Below, piece by piece: positions 11,501 through 23,387 of a DNA stretch of 64,000 bases. The notes below the pieces were generated by a model that did not search any database, was not told the origin of the DNA, and saw only the letters and a program-made list of their open reading frames with translations. The number at the start of each line of letters is the position of its first letter. Position 1 is the stretch's first letter. The position numbers and the translations under genes are program-made. Where the stretch lies: NCBI RefSeq assembly GCF_964355755.1, contig NC_092671.1:37520304-37584303 (forward strand), in the 5' to 3' direction. This DNA is from Antedon mediterranea. Lineage: Eukaryota; Animalia; Echinodermata.

Positions 11501-14500
11501 CCTCAAATTTAGTTGTCACATAAAGTTTGATAGTGTAGACAGAGCTTTAAATATTTGGTAGTTTGACAAAAGCTAGCAGTATGCCTGTATATTTGACATG
11601 TACTGTACACTACATACTTTACACCTTCAAAATCGCATGGACTCAATGTAGTAGATATGGGGTTAAAAAAGGCATACTCTACTGCCTAAACTTACCCATT
11701 GCATATAAACTAAACTGTACAGAAGAACCCCTTCTCTTGTTACCCCCTATTAAGGGGACATCACTATTAAGGGACATCACTATTAAGGGACATCACTATT
11801 AAGGGACATCACTATTAAGGGACATCACTATTAAGGGACATCCCTATTAAGGGGACCCCATATAAGTGGACACCCCCAGCCCACGAATTTCACGTCGGCA
11901 ATCGGCAATTGCCGACCTTATTGCCGACCTTAAATTGTCAGAGGACGGCAAGAGATTGCCGACCTAGAAACTAGGCTAGATCCCTCCTTTCAAGCCTCCT
12001 AGCAACAACATGGTACTTTAAGGGATCGTATCATTGAAATTTTAACAGGCATATTCACCACCATGTTGTGTTTAGTTAACAAACCATGGAATTAAGATGA
12101 TCCCTGAATTCACTCAACCATTACATCATTTTGTGTGTGAGCTGCATGCTTTCTCCTATCAACCAAGCTGGCTGGGCACAGCGCTGTGCGCGACAGACCT
12201 GTGTAGGGGAATACCCTATTATGCCAAGCAAGCAACTATGCTCTGTACGGCTAGCTCCAGAACCATGATGTTCAGCAATTAATTATCAAATAGAATTTAT
12301 CTTGTAGATTTTAGTGTTAGGTTTTTATATTTTAGTTAATTTTGCTAGTTCTTTTTGCATAACATATAGCTAGGGAGGCTAGGCCTAGCTAGGCCTTTAG
12401 GTTAGCAAGAGGTTTAGGCCTTGGGGTGAATTTTCTATTTTTAGAACTGCCGAGACTGCCGACCTTGGCGAATTTAAGGTCGGCAATTTTTTGCCGACCT
12501 TCTTTTTTCTGAATTTCGTGGGCTGCACCCCATATCGGACACCCCTATTAGGGACTCCTCAATAAGGAGACATCCCTATTAAGAAAGAGACACCCCTATT
12601 AAGAAAGAGACACCCCCTATTAAGAGGACACCCCTAATAAGAGGACACCCCTATTAAGGAACACCCCAATAAGGGACACCTTAATAAGGAGACATCCCTA
12701 TTAAAAGAACAGTCCTATTAAGGGGACAGACCTATTAAGGGGACAGACCTATTAAGGGAACAACTCTATGAAGGGGACAACCCCATTAAGGGAACATACC
12801 TATTAAGAGAACATCCCTATTAAAGGGACACCTCTAGTATAGCCTGCTGTTTGTAAACAAGTTGGATGAACTCACCAGAGAGCAAGGCAAAACCAGACAA
12901 CTGACCAATACGTTTGCCCTCGTTTTCTTTAGGGGTCATCGCCAGCCATATCAACAGTCCTATTGACCCGATTGACGTCAACATGCCACCCTGCAATGAA
13001 AAGGTCAATAAAAACTAATTAAGGTCAACGGTTTAAATCTATTCAGGATTTTGAAATAGAAGAAACCCTGTAATATTGGACACAGTTAAAATGCATTTAT
13101 GAATATAAACACTGCTGCATGAGGTCTATTGTACACATTTCAATCACTATTTATTAATTCTTTTTTTTAATATACTGTTTTATGTCTGATTTAAAATATC
13201 ATGTAATTCAGCCTTTGGCTGCGATTTTGATAATAAATAAAATGAAATGTTTATCCATTGTCCTGAATTAAATCACAACTATAGAGTTTGTAGTAGGCCT
13301 ACTGTACCTTCCATATTCCAGTGAAGAGGTGGACATATGCCCCTGCAGCTGCAGCAAACATAGCAATAGCAAGGCATGTATACACCTTCCTCAGATGTGC
13401 TTGTGTGGATTTCTCACTGAAATAATAACAATTATTTTTAACTAAACAGAAAATATATTTTTAGCATTTAAGGGGCAAGAATATTTAATTGGATGTTAAC
13501 CTCTGTCTACACTACCAAACTAGTTTGACAACAAGTGTGATGTGTCCATGGACACAATGATGTCATACTGTATCAATACCACATTTGAGCATATCACTAC
13601 CATGTTTGAGCATATCACTACCATATTTGGGCATATCACTACCATATTTGAGCATATCACTACCACATTTGGGCATATCACTACCATATTTGAGCATATC
13701 ACTACCATATTTGGGCATATCACTACCATATTTGGGCATATCACTACCATATTTGGGCACATCACTACCATATTTGGGCACATCACTACCATATTTGAGC
13801 ACATCACTACCATATTTGAGCACATCACTACCATATTTGAGCACATCACTACCATATTTGAGCACATCACTACCATATTTGGGCATACAGGTATCACACT
13901 GAACATGAGAGTACTACTAATTTAATGTATTCACATTGTAAAGAATTTATATTTTTTTGGTTTTGAAACAGGTGCATAATTTGTACATTATGTTGCAAAA
14001 TCGTATTTTTATGGATTTATTATACAAAGTAATGTTCATTTATTATCGACAAAATACAAGTAAGACTAAACCAAATTGAGAAACATTAAAACCAGTGTAG
14101 AGTGAAATTTCTCTCTTCCCAGATTAAAGGAATCTTTGAATCCATTCAATTATTTTAGATCTATTTATTATTATATTAATGATAAATGAATAAATGACCT
14201 AAAGCTCTGTCGACACTATCAACATTTTTTGAAAAAAAAAAATGATGTGCTCAAATATGGTAGTGATATACCCAAATATGGTAGTGCTATGACATCATTA
14301 TGTCTATATATAGGCACATCACATTTTTTTGTTATATTATATTAAGTTTGATAGTGTAGACAGAGCTTTACCACAACTTTGAAAATGAACATTTATTTAA
14401 ATACATGTTTGATAGTGTAGACAGAGCTTTACTAATACAAATTATTCATAAATGATGAAAGTAGAACTGTGTAACACTAGAAGAAGTGACAACTAAGTTC

Positions 14501-17500
14501 ATATGACAAATGATTAAAAGACACCATCACTATCAGTTAGGCACCCTTCATGTAAAAACAACTACATCAGCATCAGCAGACCACCGCAGGTGACATTGAT
14601 TTTGCATTGATAACAGAAGCTAAGAAGCTACTTAGGCAAAGTTAGCACTGGAAATAGGACCAGGTTATCATCAGTTGGTGCTGTGTTTAGATTGCTCAGT
14701 CTACTGTACCATTTATTATTACTGGATTTTTGGATTTTAAAATTATATAGTAGTAGGGAAATCCCCTGAAAAATTCTACATGACAGCTGAGGATGAAAAT
14801 GAGGTAATTATTAAAGTAAAGTTTTGATTATGATTGAACATTTTTATCAAATAATTTTTTTCAACAAATATAAGTACCTGTATATTGTTTTATTTTTAGT
14901 TGCTGTTAATATAGTAAGATACCAAATTATTTAGTAAACAAATTATTTATAATTGTATTTCATTTTTTTTTAAATTCTTGATGTAATTAAAAGCCAAAAC
15001 ATTTTATTGGAATGCTTAGGGTAGGTCTGACACAACTTGCTTAAAAAATTGATTCTATTAATTCTCAATTATAAATAGTTAATATATATTATTTGTTTTT
15101 TTTTCATTTCATTTCTTTATTTCTTTATTCGTATTCATAAAATAACACAACATAAAAAAATACAAAGAATGAATTCAGGGTAACACAAAAAAGTAACCAA
15201 AGGTCAAACTTATTTCCATTGTGGCCCTTAAGGATAAAAACACCATAAGAATAAACATTTACAATAAACAATAACACATGTAGTAACAATATAAATATAA
15301 ATTATAATCTTTCAAGCATAACCTCTTTGAGATGTTTCCTGATATTTCTTTTGAATTGATTGATGGTTTCTGAACACTGTATCAATTTTGGCAGGTGATT
15401 CCATGACGTTATTGCCGTGTTAACAAAGGTTGTTTGGGAGTGGTTACCTATATATGGTCTATAAATTGATTGAGTTGCAAATCTAGTATTGTACTGGTGA
15501 ATTACATTTGCTCTACTAATACCATCATTCATAAACGTAGGGCTTAATCCATTAATAATACGATACATGTGACAAAGTTTTATCTGTTTAACTCTTAAGT
15601 CTACTGGGAGCCAATTCAGTTTGTTTAATTCATTAGCCCCAATGTGATCCCTTGGTTCAAGACCAAGAATACATCTGACCGTCTTATTTTGTGCAGTTTG
15701 CAATTTAACTTTTAATGTTTTTTTTAATCCAGAGTACCACACGCTACAAGCATAATCATAAAGGCATAACACCAAACTATTTGCTAGTAACTTAAGATCT
15801 CTGAAAGTTAAGTACTTTCAATTTCTATATAAAAATTTTACCCTTGAGTTTACTTTCTTTATAACTGATTTACCTATATAATCTCCAGTTAGATTGTTAT
15901 CGAGTTCAAGTCCTAGATAACTTACTGTAGGTTTGTTTGTGATTATATAATCATTGCATGTAACTTTCAATTCTTGTTGATTTCTGAGTTTACGTTTAGA
16001 TCCAAATAGAATTGAATACGTTTTGCCTAGATGCAATGACAATCTATTATCTAATAACCAAGAATTAATAGATTTTAATTCTTTTGACAATACATTTTGT
16101 ATATTGTACAAAAAGTTTGGCTTTTGTAATCAATTTTAGTGTAGTAAGTTGACATTTTTTTAAATATTTTTATTATTATTTGTTAATTATTATGAAGACA
16201 TTTTCTAATTTCAAGTAATGTTGTCTACACTATCAAACTTTAAGTGAAAAAAAAATGTGATGTGCCCATATATGGACATGATGATGTCATATCAATACCA
16301 TGTTTGGGCACATCACACTTACTAGTTTGACAGTGAGACAGAGCTTTAAAAATACTGACACCGCAAAAAGATTTGGTAATGAACAGTAGCATTATATTGT
16401 AGGGATAAATGATTCCAACTCCTATATAGGTCCTTTAAATATAATTTAATTTCTAACATAACAACATCTCCCCCAATGGGTCAATTTGTGATAAGTGATG
16501 TGTTCCAGATACAAGCCAGTTTAAAGAGCACTCCACAGGACTCATTAATTAAATAGCAGGTGTATTTATATAAGTACTAGTATTTCCTAGTGAAATGTCA
16601 TCGGTGAAATTACTTTTTTTTAGGTATCCACTCATAAATTTATATAGAAATTAATTTTGTCACGTAAAAAAATTCTCAGTCTCTCTTTTGGAAAATCCAT
16701 ATTGCTGCCTCATTTTTTCCCAAAATGTCAAATTACAGTCAAATTATAGTAAAAATATAAAAATTTGTCTACATATTTCTTTTGAGAATTTTTTCATGAA
16801 TTTCGGTCATTTACCCACTAGACAATTCAGATTTACTGTAAAGATTATTTTTAATAAATATAGTATACCACTATGAATGAATGAAAATATTATGCTGGAC
16901 TACTGACACACATAATTTAAAGCTGTCTACACTATCAAACTTAATGTGATGTGCCTATTGGACATGATGATGTCATATCACTACCATATTTGGGCACATC
17001 ACTACCATATTTCGGCACATCACACTTTTTTGTCAGAATTAGTTTGATAGTGAAGACAGCGCTTAAAAGAGTTAAACAAGGTTGGTCTGGACTGTCTTTT
17101 TTTAATTAATGGGTCACTTGGGCCAGGCAAACATATGTACTGTATTTTGGTTAGATTTTCTGTGGGTTACACATTAAGACATCAGCCTGTAGGTAGTATG
17201 CCTATGCCTTAAAACACTGCAAATAATAATAATAATAATGTTTAATTTATATAGTTCAGAATTCAGGGCGCCTCTAAAAGCACTGACCAATCAACAGAAA
17301 AAATGTAAAAAGCACAAAATGAATTCATGTTGAAAGTGCAATTAAAAAGGTGGGATTTCAGGATTTATACACTGACATAACTTCAGGAAAATTTTAAACC
17401 ACAATTTTTTCGGATTTCAGTAAGCCTACAACATTCAATGCAAGTAGACAAATTGTCCAAACTGGTTTCTTTTTCTTGATGATGAGGAAGTCAAAACAAA

Positions 17501-17882
17501 ACATTCATTATTCTTATCTCGTATCTTGGATAATAACTTGAACAAAATTTGGGACTTTTTTTATTACTTAAAATTTATGTAATATTAATTTATCTAATTT
17601 TAGCATTATTTCAAAGTGGTTGGTTTCTCTCTGCAGTCTTATGCTTTTTTTGGGGGGTTTTTTGTTTGTTTTTTTTTTAGGCATAAGCGAATTCATTCAC
17701 TATCCTTCTCAAAGATGGCAATCCTGTTCACAATACAAACATATATATTAGCATTTGAAATATAAAAGAACATTGTATTGGCGATTGCCTAGAATGATCT
17801 ATTTTAAAAATTACACTTACATTTGAGAAAAATCTGTGAGAGCCTTCAAGCTCAATTTAGGTGTTCTAAACAGTGAATCCAT
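8536..17882 (-). CDS. TMBIM6: Bax inhibitor-1 (TMBIM6) gene, 8 coding exons, 234 aa
   Basis: Coding exons 17882-17821, 13416-13308, 12990-12876, 11362-11216, 11125-11046, 10599-10499, 10296-10224, 8553-8536. All introns are GT-AG with consistent phases. Protein MDSLFRTPK...[10 protein letters not shown]...AAAAGAYVH...GMSLGPLL...WLFLGG...[13 protein letters not shown]...[15 protein letters not shown]...KSEKRRK* matches the BI-1 family, including both Asp residues of the di-aspartyl sensor (FDTQ, LFLDF) and a basic C-terminus. Confidence 0.96.
8908..10113 (+). mobile_element. Helentron-associated non-autonomous element (HINE/DINE-1-like) in the last BI-1 intron
   Basis: 5' hairpin TAGGCTATCGCTC-n6-GAGCGATAGCCTA, 3' subTIR GCGATAGCCTA, 3' palindrome AACTCGTCA-ACG-TGACGAGTT, terminal CTAG, inserted in a T-run. 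Confidence 0.8.
10224..10296 (-). CDS. TMBIM6: BI-1 coding exon 7
   Basis: [24 protein letters not shown]; GTAAGT donor. Confidence 0.95.
10499..10599 (-). CDS. TMBIM6: BI-1 coding exon 6
   Basis: [33 protein letters not shown]. Confidence 0.96.
11046..11125 (-). CDS. TMBIM6: BI-1 coding exon 5
   Basis: [26 protein letters not shown]. Confidence 0.93.
11216..11362 (-). CDS. TMBIM6: BI-1 coding exon 4
   Basis: [48 protein letters not shown]. Confidence 0.95.
11407..11546. mobile_element. PIF/Harbinger-like MITE, representative of ~25 copies
   Basis: TIR AGCTCTGTCTACACTATCAAAC with 3-bp TWA TSD (TTA/TTA here). Other copies start near 7106, 7671, 10635, 13500, 14203, 16222, 16921, 22021, 23035, 26875, 32028, 35654, 36023, 36604, 37810, 38030, 39535, 40980, 41053, 43075, 48263, 48740, 48901, 56010 and 59548. 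Confidence 0.88.
11745..12835. repeat. ~17-bp minisatellite (CCCCTATTAAGGGACA-like) interrupted by a TIR element
   Basis: Repeated ctattaagggaca units at 11745-11876 and 12526-12835. Confidence 0.9.
11877..12525. mobile_element. Non-autonomous TIR element with 6-bp TSD
   Basis: TIR CAGCCCACGAA..TTCGTGGGCTG; TSD CACCCC at 11871-6 and 12526-31; subterminal GCCGACCT repeats at both ends. Confidence 0.85.
12876..12990 (-). CDS. TMBIM6: BI-1 coding exon 3
   Basis: [38 protein letters not shown]; GTGAG donor. Confidence 0.95.
13308..13416 (-). CDS. TMBIM6: BI-1 coding exon 2
   Basis: [40 protein letters not shown] bounded. Confidence 0.95.
13575..13886. repeat. 21-bp minisatellite (CATATCACTACCATATTTGRG, ~15 units) expanded inside a MITE copy
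   Basis: Same unit as the internal repeat of the MITE family; MITE TIR at ~13500. Confidence 0.95.
15105..16111 (-). mobile_element. 3' fragment of a CR1/L2-group LINE in a BI-1 intron (sense to BI-1)
   Basis: [33 protein letters not shown] and SWNHLP motifs; 3' stem-loop ~15177-15228; AATAAA/(ATGAA) tail. Confidence 0.9.
17821..17882 (-). CDS. TMBIM6: BI-1 coding exon 1 (exon spans 17821-17906 including 5'UTR)
   Basis: ATG at 17882; [20 protein letters not shown]; GTAAGT donor; acceptor CAG at 17907-9. Confidence 0.85.
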
Positions 17883-18377
17883 TTTTATAAAAATTCAAAT
17901 TCCAACCTGTGAAAAAAATGATAGGAGCAAACGTCACTTGATGCGTTTGTATGTGTACGTACAAAATTGAATATTATAATATCAATGAATATTTATGTTT
18001 ACAACGAAAGTTTTCAATTGAATAGGCCTACTACGACAAGTGACTTTACACATGGCAGGAGTGCCTCTTGCCTTTTAGGTGGCCCGGCTGCCAGACCTAG
18101 CCTATAGCCTAGCCTGCCCCTAGAGTAGTGCACTGAAACTGAGCAGGGTCCAGGCGGGGAGGTAATATATAGGCAGCTAGGCCTAGCCTAGAGTAGATAG
18201 TATTAGTAGGGGCCTAAATAAAATTGTTATAATACCTCCCTGCTGGACTGAGTTTACTTACGCTCTAACTACACTTTTTTTTATTGTAACGCGAAAACAA
18301 ATATACCTATATTATGAGAAGTATTCAGAGCAGCCTATATAATATTTATAAATAGTAAGTTAAGTAGTAAAACATAC

Positions 18378-18460
18378 GTGTTTTTAAAGAAATTTTCTTT
18401 TCTTTACTCGAAAATTCCCAATCCAAACATAAACGTCGTACCTATTCCATTACGTCATCA
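18378..18460 (-). promoter_or_regulatory. Putative BI-1 non-coding first exon and proximal promoter with an ATF/CRE-type site
   Basis: GTATGT donor at 18372-7; TGATGACGTAAT at 18449-18460. The TSS is inferred, not observed. Confidence 0.5.
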
Positions 18461-20059
18461 CAAGTTGAGAGGTCAAGAAAGAACTTAATTTTGATTATAC
18501 GTTATAAATTATAAATGATGGTGGGTTTCTTTCAGCTTTTGTTTTTGAACCCTTAAATCACACTTTATAACTACTTTATTTAGTGATAATTTAAATAGTA
18601 GCTGTAGATCCTAATCTAGGCTAGACTATTAAACTTACTAGGCCTACCACCAGTACAATACTAACTGTAAAATGGTGATGAAGAATAATAGATAGAGGGC
18701 GAAAAACATATTATTTTGATTATCAATACTGTAACTTTGCTCGCGCACAAAAATTCCAGTAAACATCATTTTGTCATTAAATCAGTTTGGTTATTCTGTT
18801 TTAAATATTTAATATTTTATTAATTTTTTTTAAAATTCAATTAAAGCAAGAAAAAAGGTTAAATAGGCTATTTGAAGCTTTAAATGAATTTAATATATTA
18901 TTTAGCCTTCTGATAAATGCTGCCAGGTGACGTTGGCTAGGTTTGTAACATGACAGTGCATCGTTGTTTAATTTTACCCAACATTTATGTAATATATTTT
19001 ATAAATCCAAAGGCAAATTACTGAAAAAATGACAATGCTGTGGGTATCAGTGGCTGGATCTCAATGGAGATACAAAAAAAAGCGAAAAGCTAAATCGAAA
19101 CGATAAAGTAAAACAGCCAGAAAAGTTCATCAGTGCAAGTGAAGGAATTTGGATAATATATTTTATAGTTACATCCAAAAGCATGTTTCATCAACTAAAT
19201 CACCAAATATAATACCATAGGGGTTATCCTATGTAGTTATAAGTACATTAGTGATGTTGTCTGCTGCATACATTATACATTGGTATTAAAATAAATATCA
19301 TGACAGCAATAACCATGAATAATTCGTGAAGTGTTTTAATGTAAATTTCTTTAATAGCGAAGACCAATTATGTGTTTTCGATGTGAGTTCTGTTTGGACA
19401 ACAGTTTGAGACAGCTTGTCAAACGACAGGGGCACCGAAATGTTGGGATAAAATCTATTTACAATTTGTTTTCGTAAAATAAAAAATATTTTATGATTCT
19501 ACAAAAGGCATACCAATGCTCGGTAACAAGGTGATCGTGTACGCCGGGTTTCGTCTACAAAACAGATTGCGTTTTTTCAGCATTTCAGCTAAATTCTTAC
19601 ATTTCAAGTTATAAGTACTGTTTTATTGTTAAAAGAACACTATGTTTTGTCAATATGGTTTTATTATTTGTATCGTGACAATAATAAGTTCCAACATCTT
19701 AAGTATGATATGACTAAAAATAATATTCGGTTGTGAATCGATTGTAATCGAAGCAGCCAAACCTAATTGAGATGAAATCTTGTCAACTGTGATACATTAA
19801 CGTTTAAAAATAGAATAGAAAACACGCCTGCCGTTTAACGAGGACATCGTGCATTACGGAATGTGTACAACATTCATGTGGATTATGAAAAGTAGGCCTA
19901 GGCCTACACATGTTAGCCGGCTAGGCTTGGCAACAATTTAATGTGAATCGATTTAATAAACAAAATATGATCATAAATTACTCACTTATTGAAATTATAG
20001 AATCAAGAAAGCAGATTGTTGAATAGAGGATAGGCCTACGGTCTACTTGGTTGTCTGGG

Positions 20060-20240
20060 CAGGGCCGTCGCTAGCATGAGGCAAACGAGGCCGCGGTTAG
20101 CTCGTCTGAAATTTTCAATTTTCACCCCACCTCAATTCCCCCGCACAGATCGTCTCAATTTTCACCCCACCTCAATTCCCCCGCACAGATCGTCATATTC
20201 TATATTGTCGCGTCTGTTTTAACCTCTCGCTACGGCCTTG
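20060..20240. mobile_element. Small CAG-ended TIR element (hAT-like) with 5-bp TSD
   Basis: Ends CAGGGCCGTCGC / GCTACGGCCTTG; CTGGG on both sides; internal ~39-bp duplication. Related ends near 32688, 42940-42962, 47300-47430 and 47580-47606. Confidence 0.7.
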
Positions 20241-21414
20241 CTGGGGGTGGAAAAGATAGGCTATTTTACAACAAAATGGTTCCGCTAAAAGTAAAAGTTT
20301 AGTCGGTTACGACTCAGGGACCGACACAAAGTATGATTCTTTTACTGTCCGAATCTATAATCAATTCTGAGACCTACATCATTAAAATATAGTTGTGACG
20401 AGACGAAACAGTACATGGGCTAGTTTCATTTAATGTGAAACATAATTATGTTTTTATACATCGTCAATACTTTCAATTACTCAGTATTTGATTGGCGTTT
20501 GGGTGAAGACGATTTGATCGATGATAATCATTAGTGAAACTCTTTAAATGCAACTTGATGTGAGTCTGTTATAAGTTTCTATCACAGCTTCTTTATTGAT
20601 TTGGGGTCTCCAACTGTAATAATGTCTGGGAATACAGGATTTTACACTCAATAGATTTTGCTATGAGGTTATGCCAAACGATAGTGGATGCGCGCTATAT
20701 TGCTGGTGTGGTGGAACGAGTGAAGCATATAACATTAAAATCTTGATCGAAGCTATCAACCAACGACCTTCTGCTCAAGCAGGCGGTGTTACGTACATTC
20801 GTTGATATAAGTATGTATATTATTTTGTCATACCGTGTGTAACATGCATTTCTTGAATACAGTGTGAAAACATATATTACTTCGAGTAGAATCTTATTCA
20901 TACGAAGTACAACTTACACAGCATTTAAAATCAGTACGGTATATACTAGACGTAGTCATTCTCAACTTTGGAAACTTTGGTCGACCGATCCGGTGGATAT
21001 TTTATACTTTGGTTCAGTGTGTGGATTTAGGCGGGAAAGCAGAATGCACCAGGGTGTGTCGTCTGGTGGAGGTGGAGACCAATACGCCAAACCGGACAAG
21101 AAAAAAAGAGCAAAACACAGCATCAGTTTAAGTCAAAACTATAAACCGCGAGAGGGGGTGATTCAGATTGAATTGAATGAGGTAAAAACATTTATTTATA
21201 GTTTCATAAAACTTGGTATTTAATTAAATGTCAAATCGTAGTATTGCATTCTTAAAGAGTTCCTTTCTATTGTATTTGTGTTGAAAATTTAGATTTAAAT
21301 TTGTTGTTAGGACTTTTTAAATAAGTTAAATCCATATCACTCCCATCCACTGGGGACTATTGTTTTGAATTGAAATATTTTATTTGGGCATGGAGGTAAA
21401 ATACCTCCATGATT

Positions 21415-21562
21415 TGGGCGACCTCTTCAGAGGGCCCTGTTATGATCAGTGGCTGTGATGTAGTCTACTACTACTAGTACACCGGGGTAACCTCTACTCG
21501 TCTCAAAATATGTACTTATAGGTTCTTTAAAGTGCACATAAGATGTGTACACTGGACCTATG
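21415..21562 (-). mobile_element. Truncated Deu-type SINE
   Basis: Colinear with the 3' part of the SINE at 61808-62130. Confidence 0.85.
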
Positions 21563-23387
21563 TTTGCATAAAATGAAATCTTTTTGTCTTTAAATTTGGC
21601 GATTTTAAATTCCGGGCCATTTTTACCCTTTAAAATCGTTAAATAACAAAACACATGTACCAAAAATACCAAATCACATGTCATTACCGAAGAAGCCTTA
21701 CCTTTTTAAATATGTTATCGTTATTTGTTCATCGTTATGATGGTTTGACGCCATATTACAAATGTTCCCGTCTGAATGTCTTCAATAAATATTAAAATTG
21801 TCAAAAATAATATGCCATTTGTAATCATCCGTCATCAACGTTAATATAGTGTGTTTAGCTTTTGTATATCTCTTACGTACAGCTGTAAACATGTTCTCTT
21901 TTGGAGACGAAATATCTGGACTAAATGTAATATATACGTTTGACTGTACTTAAAGATATTTTGCTCTGTATTAGTTCGTTTAAATGGTTCCCAATAAACT
22001 TGACGTGTTTTCGTGTTTAAAGCTCTGTCTAACTTTATGTGACAAAAAAGTGATGTGTCCTTATATGGACATGATGATGTCATATCACTACCATATTTGG
22101 GCATATCAGTACCATATTTGGGTACATCGCCCTTTTTGTCAAACTAGTTTGATAGTGTAGACAAAGCTGAGAGAGCGTGCCCAGTAAACGCTCATACAGT
22201 GTACTTTCTCGGCCCGTCATAAACTTTCAGACTTGAACATTCATCTAAAAAAAATGGGGTCGGATGCTGATCCATTCATTCATTCATCAGTGAAAAATTA
22301 CTTCCATTTATTGTCATTTGCATATAAAATATTCATAGAAATTATGTTTGCTCTGAGATACAATCATAGATAAATGAAAACTAACAAAAACAATTACAAA
22401 GTGTCACATCACTTGTGTACGATATACTGACAAGCATTCAGTGGCCAAAACTTCTGATTTAAAAGACGCTCTTTACAAATGATATGCATAGAAATCATTT
22501 AGGCCTAGTTGTCCTGAATGTTGTTAGAAATATGTTTTGATTGATTAATGAATTTGAATTCATTCAATCTTTTATTTCGGAATCTCTGATCCATATAAAG
22601 TAAAATATATCGTATAAATTAATTTAAAAAAATTTAATCTCAATCGGCATTTCTACACTTGGTTAATATCAAACCCAGGGTCACTCATATGTTTTAACAT
22701 TACAACCAATGCTTTATTGAGTGAAATCTCATAAAAGTCTTCTACTATTTATGTAAGAGATATCATTTATAGGATCTTACGTAAATATTTGTCGTACATA
22801 ATTATATCTAACTCTTCTCGGTGAAATTGCCAGAAGCAATAATATTATATTTTCTGTTGTTGCATGTAACCATAACAACATATTCTGAACTCATATTTTA
22901 CGGACATTTGTTCTGAAAAATATTTTTTAAAACCAGTATAACTGTTCATTTCATCAAAATGGGACTTAAATTATTGTTTCGATTTAGAATTGTCCTCTAT
23001 CGTTTTACTATTTAGATAAAATGATGATGTGTTAAGCTCTGTCTACACTATCAAACTGTATGTGACAACAAGATGTGATGTGCCCATATATGGACATGAT
23101 GATGTCATATCACTACCATATTTGGGGATATCACTACCATATTTGGGCACATTACACTTTGTTTGTCAAACTATAAGTTTGATAGTGTAGACTGAGCTTT
23201 ATAGACTTCACAAAAGTGGGAGTATACCTGAATATACGTATATGTTTGAACACTCAACCAGCCAACCCATATTCAAGGGAAAGCTCTATTAAAGGGACAC
23301 TTCTTTGAGTCCCGAAGGTGTCCCTTCGTTTCTACGTTTGCTACCAAGAACTGTATAATTGCTCATCGTTGTGTTGTCACAGTACCG

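Noticed and set aside
13520-13925. Four overlapping heptad-repeat ORFs
   Set aside because: Artefacts of the 21-bp MITE minisatellite inside a BI-1 intron.
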